Positions 26,443-32,099 of a DNA stretch of 32,099 nt are shown here, piece by piece. The notes below the pieces were generated by a model, which saw only the letters and a program-made list of their open reading frames with translations, was not told the DNA's origin and did not search any database. Source of the stretch: a virus (taxonomy: Duplodnaviria; Caudoviricetes); IMG/VR virus record IMGVR_UViG_3300037423_001090, positions 1 to 32,099 of that record; one strand, 5' to 3'. The position numbers and the translations under genes were made by a program. Within the stretch, counting starts at the first letter, position 1. Every line of letters begins with the position of its first letter.

Positions 26443-27063
26443 TCAGCCGGCTCGGAAGTCGACAGTTTGGTTAGCTTTGCCGTGATTACAATCTTCGCAT
26501 AAGACCTGTAGATTCTCGATGTCTAGCGCTAGAGCGGGAAATCGGCGGCGCGACTTAACGTGATCAACGTTTAGGACCACCCCAGCCCCAGGCGTCGCGC
26601 CACAGCAAAGGCAAACGCGACCATACTTTTTGAACGCCTGGAGCCGCAACTGACGCCATTCGAATGACTTGAGGAATTCTGCCGAGTTGACATAGGCACC
26701 CCACTCTGATGCGGAAGGGAGCGGCTTGGGGGCCGAGCTTGGCTCCGCCGGCACGGATATGGGCGCAATCGTCAGGCCCAGTGTCTTCATTGCCTTCGCC
26801 ACTACCCGCTTAGCTTTCCGCACCTTCTTTGACTCCTTCGGCGTAGCGCCGAAGAGTGCAATATTAGTTTCTTTTCTTGCCCTCAAATCCGCCTTGCGAG
26901 CTCGCATCGCAGCGTACATTGCATCGCCATCCACATCTTTTAAACGGTTCTTCTTAAACCATCCAGATGGCAGCGGGTAGTCAATGCCTGCAATTTTTGC
27001 CTCAGCGAGCGTTAATGCCGCGGAGCCACGTCGGTACTTAGCAATGTACTCTTCTAATGTCAT
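26443..27063 (-). CDS. HNH endonuclease with basic N-terminal extension
   Basis: FLKSFEWRQLR...CLCCG...LNVDHVKSRRRFPALALDIENLQVLCEDCNHGK. Confidence 0.88.
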   Translation of the reverse strand: MTLEEYIAKYRRGSAALTLAEAKIAGIDYPLPSGWFKKNRLKDVDGDAMYAAMRARKADLRARKETNIALFGATPKESKKVRKAKRVVAKAMKTLGLTIAPISVPAEPSSAPKPLPSASEWGAYVNSAEFLKSFEWRQLRLQAFKKYGRVCLCCGATPGAGVVLNVDHVKSRRRFPALALDIENLQVLCEDCNHGKANQTVDFRAG

Positions 27064-27096
27064 GAGGCAACTTAAGACTGAGATCAACAGATCATC

Positions 27097-27288
27097 TCAT
27101 TTTACACGACGCTTCCGAGGCTTACGATCGCCGCGTGGCAGCTTCATGTCGAACCTTGGCAGCCATCGCTCAAATACAGTCAGCAGCAGGCCAGGCGGAA
27201 CATACCAAGTCTTCAGCTCAGCATTCCATCGAGCGCCCAACCGTCGGGCTTCGTCTTTTTCCGCGTAGGGCACGTTCAGTTTGGTCAC
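27097..27288 (-). CDS. DUF5710-like protein
   Basis: LNVPYAEKDEARRLGARWNAELKTWYVP; GTG start after GGAGG. Confidence 0.8.
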   Translation of the reverse strand: MTKLNVPYAEKDEARRLGARWNAELKTWYVPPGLLLTVFERWLPRFDMKLPRGDRKPRKRRVK

Positions 27289-27316
27289 GGCCTCTATCCC
27301 TCCTGCGCACGCGCGC

Positions 27317-27364
27317 ATTAGATAACTCGAACTCAGAATATAGACAACTCGACTGTTATCTAAT
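27317..27364. repeat. Direct/inverted repeat cluster (iteron- or operator-like)
   Basis: ATTAGATAAC (27317) / GTTATCTAAT (27355) inverted; TAGAYAACTCGA direct repeats at 27319 and 27341. Confidence 0.6.
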
Positions 27365-27797
27365 CAAGCTGGCTTCTACTACGGCCGCTTCGCTGCACGC
27401 TTGCTTCGCAAGCTCTCGCACTATCGTGCTCGGCGATATCTTTTCTTTACTTACGTTTTTTCTCTAGCCCCCAACCCCAGAGATATAGCTAATACGCGTG
27501 CATATGCGAGCGCGTACGTTTCGCTTCCTTCAGGCGTTAGCTCGACAAGCGTTTTCACGCCCGAGGCACCATCCGACAGACTTTCGGGTACAAGGCTCTC
27601 TCTTCGCCACCTTGTGTGAGTCTCACCCTCGCCCCCCCGTTTTTTTCACCAGGTCGCAGTCTCACCTATCCCCCTACACCTGTGTGTTTTCTGCATGTAG
27701 GGCGGCTGATTCCGTCAGCTCGGTTGCTCTCTGGGCCTTTAGCGTCGGAGTTTCCCTCCCCGCCCCAGGCTTGCAATCAGCAGAACTCACCTGATGG
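27365..27797 (-). ncRNA. Candidate large structured RNA
   Basis: No convincing ORF; more than 8 hairpins, GAAA loops and G-U pairs favouring the minus strand; TAAAAT -10 at 27807-27802. Confidence 0.55.
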
Positions 27798-27815
27798 ACG
27801 AATTTTAACCCAATC

Positions 27816-27856
27816 ATCACGTTTGTGTTGATCTTTTTAAACACGTATGTGATACT
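27816..27856 (+). promoter_or_regulatory. OL operators and pL-like promoter
   Basis: ATCACgtttGTGTT (27816), AACACgtatGTGAT (27840), same consensus as OR; TTGATC-N17-GATACT. Confidence 0.82.
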
Positions 27857-27890
27857 GTGTTCAACGTAGCGAACTCAACCAGGAGCCGCA

Positions 27891-28049
27891 ATGACGCAGA
27901 CGACCAAGCCGAGCAATCAACAAGTGCGTAGTTGGATGCACCGGCGCCAGGCGGACAGAACACCGCCGCCGGCGCCGGATCAGGTCCGGATGGAACTGGG
28001 CTGGAAGATGGTTGAGGCAGAGCGAGAGACGAATAGGATCAAACGATGA
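27891..28049 (+). CDS. First gene of the pL operon, 52-aa hypothetical
   Basis: AGGAG RBS; MTQTTKPSNQQVRSWMHRRQ...PPPAPDQVRMELGW; ATGA coupling. Confidence 0.7.
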   Translation: MTQTTKPSNQQVRSWMHRRQADRTPPPAPDQVRMELGWKMVEAERETNRIKR

Positions 28050-28234
28050 ACACCCTGAAGAACGACGGCTACCGATTCATGGTGAGCCCTACCGGCCGCG
28101 AAGCGAACTGGATTCACCCGCTGGAAGTCGAGGCGCGCGCACCGGGCTGGCACGACTGCACGGACATGGACGACACCGAGTTCGATCTATTCATGGCCGA
28201 ACTGCGCGTGAAGTTTCCTCCCTTGGCTGCGTGA
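28046..28234 (+). CDS. Hypothetical phage protein
   Basis: 62-aa coupled ORF. Confidence 0.7.
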   Translation: MNTLKNDGYRFMVSPTGREANWIHPLEVEARAPGWHDCTDMDDTEFDLFMAELRVKFPPLAA

Positions 28235-28242
28235 GGAAAGAC

Positions 28243-28677
28243 ATGAGCAAGCAATGGGATGAAGCCTACCTGCGCGAAGTGTTCGCCGATGAAATCGCAC
28301 TGGCAGCCGTGCACAAGAACTGGTTCCTTCTTCGTTTTGAAGCCCCGGCCTTCCTGGGGCTGAGCGAAAGCCTCGTGCCGCGGCGTGGCCGGTCCCTCGT
28401 GGGCGGCACAAACAGCCGCTTGGAGTTCGCATCGACTCGGCCAACGACCCCGCCCCACTGGCGCCGCGACTGGGCCGCAGCTGGTCCGCTGATTGGCTTG
28501 TTGGGCCTGAGCGTCCGACCCGACGACGATGAAGGCTGCGTCTCTGTTGGCAACGGCAGCCGCCGGCGTGACGTCACGGAATCGTATGCCGACCATCCGG
28601 ATAAAGACGCAGCAATCCTCGCAGCCATCGTGCGCGCCGCGATTCGAGTGTGTACCGAAGCGCGCGAAATCTACTAA
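28243..28677 (+). CDS. Phage ABA-sandwich-like protein
   Basis: PHWRRDWAAAGPLIG...AAILAAIVRAAI; GAGG RBS. Confidence 0.65.
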   Translation: MSKQWDEAYLREVFADEIALAAVHKNWFLLRFEAPAFLGLSESLVPRRGRSLVGGTNSRLEFASTRPTTPPHWRRDWAAAGPLIGLLGLSVRPDDDEGCVSVGNGSRRRDVTESYADHPDKDAAILAAIVRAAIRVCTEAREIY

Positions 28678-28707
28678 CCCGAACTACTCGACCATCTGGA
28701 GATCACC

Positions 28708-28839
28708 ATGCGCTTTCGTATCACGATTCGAACCGCCCGCGGCATCAAGACCGTATCCGTGATTGGCGACCGCAACGACCTGCTCGACGCCGCGTACGAC
28801 GCCGGTGCCCTGGGCGTGACTCTGGTGGCCGAATCATGA
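28708..28839 (+). CDS. 43-aa hypothetical protein
   Basis: GGAG RBS; MRFRITIRTARG...AYDAGALGVTLVAES. Confidence 0.6.
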   Translation: MRFRITIRTARGIKTVSVIGDRNDLLDAAYDAGALGVTLVAES

Positions 28840-28943
28840 GCCGCTACCAGATCAGTGCGCGACTGGCTTCTTACGCGATCCACTGCGTTGCTGCTGTCGT
28901 GCTGGTACTGACCATTGTCTACAGCCAAGCGGCGCTGCAGTAA
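28836..28943 (+). CDS. 35-aa single-TM peptide
   Basis: MSRYQISARLASYAIHCVAAVVLVLTIVYSQAALQ; ATGA coupling. Confidence 0.5.
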   Translation: MSRYQISARLASYAIHCVAAVVLVLTIVYSQAALQ

Positions 28944-28974
28944 TCGCCGAACCCACAACAACAAGGAACCCAAG

Positions 28975-29874
28975 ATGTTTTTCAAGAACCTGCAGGTGTA
29001 TCGACTTCCGCAAAACTGGGACATGACCGCCGGTCGCCTGGCCGACGCCCTCGCCTCCCAGGCCTTCACGCCGGCATCGAGTAACGAACTGCTGCGCCAG
29101 GGCTGGAAGGCGCCGCGCGGAACCGGTACGCCTTTGGTGCACGCCGTGAACGGCCAGTTCCTGCTAACGCTGGCCACCGAAAAGAAGATCCTGCCGGCGA
29201 AGGCAGTCAATCAAGTGGCGAAGGCGCGGGCCGCGGAGCTCGAAGAGCAGCAAGGCTTCCCGCCCGGGAAGAAGGCCATGAAAGAACTGAAGGAGCGCGT
29301 CGCCGACGAACTGCTGCCGCGCGCCCTCTCCGTCCAGTCTGAAACCAACGTGTGGATCGATCCCGTCAACGGCTGGCTCGTGGTCGACGCAGCCAGTGCG
29401 AACAAAGCGGATGACGTCATCAAGTTCCTGCTGAAGGCCGTCGACAAGCTGCCGCTGGAATCGCTGCGCGTGCAGCGCTCGCCGGTCGCCGTGATGACCG
29501 CATGGCTCGAGTCCGACGAGGCACCGCATAACTTCACGATCGACCAGGATGCCACGCTGCGCGCTACCGGTGAAAGCAAGGCCCAAGTCGGCTACAAGCG
29601 TCACACGCTCGAAGTCGGCGAGATGCGTGAGCACATCGCCCGCGGCAAACAGTGCGTGCGCCTGGCCATGACCTGGAACAGCCGGATCTCGTTCGTGCTG
29701 ACCGAGCAGCTGGAAATCAAGAGCGTCAAGCCGCTCGACGTCATCAAGGAAAACGACGCGATCACGTACGACCATAACGAACGCTTCGACAACGACTTCG
29801 CCCTGATGACGGGCGAGTACGCGAAGCTTCTGGCCGATCTGGTCGAAGCACTTGGCGGCGAGGCCCAGGGATGA
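28975..29874 (+). CDS. rdgC: Recombination-associated protein RdgC
   Basis: MFFKNLQVYRL, EKKILPA, LLPRA, RISFVLTE, DFALMTGE...LVEALGGE. Confidence 0.95.
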   Translation: MFFKNLQVYRLPQNWDMTAGRLADALASQAFTPASSNELLRQGWKAPRGTGTPLVHAVNGQFLLTLATEKKILPAKAVNQVAKARAAELEEQQGFPPGKKAMKELKERVADELLPRALSVQSETNVWIDPVNGWLVVDAASANKADDVIKFLLKAVDKLPLESLRVQRSPVAVMTAWLESDEAPHNFTIDQDATLRATGESKAQVGYKRHTLEVGEMREHIARGKQCVRLAMTWNSRISFVLTEQLEIKSVKPLDVIKENDAITYDHNERFDNDFALMTGEYAKLLADLVEALGGEAQG

Positions 29875-30056
29875 GAAAGCGTCGAATCCGCCGCAACTTC
29901 GGTGAGACCGAACAGGGACTCACCGCCGAAGACCGCAAGGCGATGCAGACCTACCGCACGAACCGCGGATCAAGTCGCTACTACCGCGACCTGGACGAGA
30001 TCAACACCAGCACAGCGGCTGACGGAAAACCAAAGACCAACGACCAACCGAAGTAA
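29871..30056 (+). CDS. Small basic hypothetical protein
   Basis: 61-aa ORF overlapping the rdgC stop. Confidence 0.55.
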   Translation: MRKRRIRRNFGETEQGLTAEDRKAMQTYRTNRGSSRYYRDLDEINTSTAADGKPKTNDQPK

Positions 30057-30070
30057 AACAAGGAGAAACC

Positions 30071-30679
30071 ATGAGCCATCAAAACGACCATCCGACGATC
30101 CTGGGCGAGCCTTTCGAGGGCGGCTTCTACGCCGGCCGCATTCAGGTTGACGGCGTGCCGCACATCCTTATTGTCGCCCCGAAGGCCGAGGGGGAGCGCG
30201 CAGACGTAGCCTGGCTGGAGGCGGAAGACCGCGTCGATGGCGCCGATAGCTACTGCGACGGGATGAAGAACACCGTAGCGATGGCCGAATGCGGCAGCGA
30301 GCTTGCGAACTGGGCTCGTGCCCTGACGATCGGCGGTCACACGGACTGGTACGTCCCGAGCCAGGACGAGCTGGAGGTCTTATACCGCAATCTGAAGCCG
30401 ACCACCCGCAGCAATTCGCTGTACGGTCGCTCCGGCATGAACGTCTCTGCCGTGCCGCCCACCTACGCATACACCGCAGAGATCCCTGCGCAAACTGCGG
30501 CATCGGCATTCGTAGAAGGCGGCGAGCAGGACTTTGCTGACGATTGGTACTGGTCGAGCACGCAGCACGCTTCCTACGATGGATCTGCCTGGACTCAGGA
30601 CTTCGACTACGGCGACCAGGACGACACCAGCAAGTCGGCCGAGTTGCGCGCCCGCGCCGTCCGCAGATTCGCAATTTAA
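30071..30679 (+). CDS. DGR target protein 1 (DUF1566/C-type-lectin-like)
   Basis: GGHTDWYVPSQDEL, WYWSST, RARAVRR; C-terminal VR1. Confidence 0.92.
   Translation: MSHQNDHPTILGEPFEGGFYAGRIQVDGVPHILIVAPKAEGERADVAWLEAEDRVDGADSYCDGMKNTVAMAECGSELANWARALTIGGHTDWYVPSQDELEVLYRNLKPTTRSNSLYGRSGMNVSAVPPTYAYTAEIPAQTAASAFVEGGEQDFADDWYWSSTQHASYDGSAWTQDFDYGDQDDTSKSAELRARAVRRFAI
30560..30669 (+). repeat. DGR variable repeat VR1
   Basis: 110 nt, 12 mismatches to TR, all at TR adenines. Confidence 0.97.
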
Positions 30680-30706
30680 CAATTCATCTATTTTTCGGAG
30701 CCGCAC

Positions 30707-31165
30707 ATGACCACCGTTACTCTCGCGGACATCGAAGCCGCACACCAGCAGGTCAGCGACATGATCCAGGCGTTCAAAGCCCAGGCCCCGCGCGTCACTC
30801 GCATCGCACAGGCGGAGATCGAACTGCAGCCGGGTGAACACTACGCCGGCATCATCCTCAGCGCCGATGGCAAGCCGTCGCATCACCTCATCCTGCTGCC
30901 GGGCGATGTCGACGATGTCACCTGGGCGCAAGCGAAGGAATTCGCCGAGAAGGCAGGCGGCGAGCTGCCGACGCGCCGCGAACAAGCCCTGCTGTTCGCG
31001 AACCTGAAGGATCAGTTCGAGGAGCGCTACTACTGGTCCGGCGCGCAGCACGCTTCCTACGATGACTATGCCTGGACTCAGCACTTCGGCTACGGCACCC
31101 AGATCCTCAGCAGCAAGTCGGCCGAGTTGCGCGCCCGCGCCGTCCGCAGATTGACCATTCAGTAA
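30707..31165 (+). CDS. DGR target protein 2 (DUF1566/C-type-lectin-like)
   Basis: TWAQAKEFAEKAGGELPTRREQALL, YYWSG, RARAVRR; C-terminal VR2. Confidence 0.92.
   Translation: MTTVTLADIEAAHQQVSDMIQAFKAQAPRVTRIAQAEIELQPGEHYAGIILSADGKPSHHLILLPGDVDDVTWAQAKEFAEKAGGELPTRREQALLFANLKDQFEERYYWSGAQHASYDDYAWTQHFGYGTQILSSKSAELRARAVRRLTIQ
31043..31152 (+). repeat. DGR variable repeat VR2
   Basis: 110 nt, 14 mismatches to TR, all at TR adenines. Confidence 0.97.
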
Positions 31166-31182
31166 TTTAACAATTTCTCAGC

Positions 31183-31536
31183 ATGGCACTCCACACAAGC
31201 TTGCCGATTTACAGGGTGGCGTATGACCTCCTCGACGTCGTCACGGACCTCGCCAAGAACATGCCGCGTGATTTCAAGGCATCGATCGGCGGAAAGATTC
31301 GCGATGAAGTCGTGGAGATCGTAACCCTGATTTACCGGGCCAACGTCGCCCGGGAAAAGGCGGCGCACCTGCAGGATCTCGTCGAGCGTCTGCAGGTGGC
31401 AGAACTGCTGATTCGTCTCTCGCGCGACAAGCGCCTGATATCGACGAAGCAGTATGCCGCCGCAGTCGAGCTCACGACCAGCATCGGCAAGCAGGCAAGT
31501 GGTTGGCGCCGTTCCGCATCGCCCGCTTCACGGTAG
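31183..31536 (+). CDS. avd: DGR accessory variability determinant (Avd-like four-helix bundle)
   Basis: LPIYRVAYDL...MPRDFKASIGGKI...IRLSRDKRLIS...IGKQASGW; between the targets and TR/RT. Confidence 0.9.
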   Translation: MALHTSLPIYRVAYDLLDVVTDLAKNMPRDFKASIGGKIRDEVVEIVTLIYRANVAREKAAHLQDLVERLQVAELLIRLSRDKRLISTKQYAAAVELTTSIGKQASGWRRSASPASR

Positions 31537-31547
31537 TCAAGGCTGCC

Positions 31548-32099
31548 ATGACTGAGCGATTTCTTAATCTGGTCGTGCCGCTGGCTCATAAGGCCACCGC
31601 CATGCGCATAGCAGGGACCTCCCGACATAGTTCGGGACCGTCTGGCGCAGTTTCCCCGCTGATCGGTCAAGGCGACCTTCGGAGGGGTGACGTAGATAGC
31701 ACGAACAAACGCAGCACGCTTCCAACGATGAATATGCCTGGAATCAGAACTTCAACAACGGCAACCAGAACAACAACAACAAGTCGGCCGAGTTGCGCGC
31801 CCGCGCCGTCCGCAGATTATCCCGGCCGCCACCATGCTGACTTTTCTTTCGATGAACTTGTACAGGCCTATCTGGACTGCCGCCATGCGAAGCGCAGCTC
31901 CGCCAGCGCTATCGCGTTCGAACAAAACCAAGAGCGCAACTTAGCTCAGCTGCGCGACGAACTGCTGGGCGGAACGTATCGCCCTGGGCGGTCGATCTGC
32001 TTCGTCATCACGCGCCCGAAGCCGCGCGAGGTATGGGCGGCGGATTTCCGCGACCGTATCGTGCACCACCTGCTTTACAACCGTATCGCGCCGCGCTTC
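31548..32099 (+). CDS. DGR reverse transcriptase, 5' part (start uncertain: 31548, 31602, 31728 or 31734; truncated by window)
   Basis: Manual translation ...FSFDELVQAYLDCRHAKRSS...GTYRPGRSICFVITRPKPREVWAADFRDRIVHHLLYNRIAPRF = RT domains 0-2; absent from the ORF track (no stop in window). YxDD not visible. Confidence 0.9.
   Translation, partial: MTERFLNLVVPLAHKATAMRIAGTSRHSSGPSGAVSPLIGQGDLRRGDVDSTNKRSTLPTMNMPGIRTSTTATRTTTTSRPSCAPAPSADYPGRHHADFSFDELVQAYLDCRHAKRSSASAIAFEQNQERNLAQLRDELLGGTYRPGRSICFVITRPKPREVWAADFRDRIVHHLLYNRIAPRF
31709..31818 (+). ncRNA. DGR template repeat (TR)
   Basis: AAC-rich copy of both VRs (34 adenines, 10 AAY codons in the VR frame); located between avd and the RT core. 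Confidence 0.96.

Noticed and set aside
26443-27797. IscB/HEARO (OMEGA) system
   Set aside because: The HNH protein is only ~206 aa with no PLMP or split RuvC motifs; kept only as an unclassified RNA-plus-HNH candidate.
27135-27831. Short plus-strand ORFs in the 27.1-27.8 kb region
   Set aside because: Low-complexity Ser/Pro/Phe-rich translations, no RBS, mutually overlapping; better explained as non-coding.
30560-31818. Three 110-nt repeats as a CRISPR array or simple duplication; AAC run as a microsatellite
   Set aside because: Length, coding location and strictly adenine-specific mismatches identify VR/TR of a DGR.
31834-31900. ATG at 31834 as the RT start
   Set aside because: It is out of frame with the RT motifs (gives MLTFLSMNLYRPIW...).

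Overview
A GC-rich lambdoid (pro)phage segment; the gene content and a CTGT-N8-ACAG SOS box suggest a betaproteobacterial host (inference). Left end, minus strand: start of the terminase small subunit, packaging HNH nuclease, a fibre-like cassette (827-aa lectin/Ig/SwmB/SGNH esterase protein plus adaptor), a structured late leader, a Q-like antiterminator, and an intact IS3 (7214-8442, ACA target duplication). Next comes a long early minus-strand operon: nucleases, a DUF5664-like protein, a lambda-O C-terminal-only protein with a DUF6475-like partner, Rha/KilA-C, helicase-methylase, C5 methylase, CII and Cro. The immunity region has OR (23689-23749) and OL (27816-27853) about 4 kb apart. Between them lie a non-cleavable CI, a small CI-C-terminus-like protein, Arc, a LexA box, a second S24 repressor, an HNH nuclease, DUF5710 and a ~480-nt hairpin-dense non-coding element. 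The plus-strand pL operon carries rdgC and ends in a two-target diversity-generating retroelement (DGR): two C-type-lectin-like genes with VRs, avd, TR and a reverse transcriptase cut by the window edge. All 26 VR/TR mismatches fall on TR adenines, and the TR lies inside the RT reading frame. Family names are from motif recognition, not database searches.
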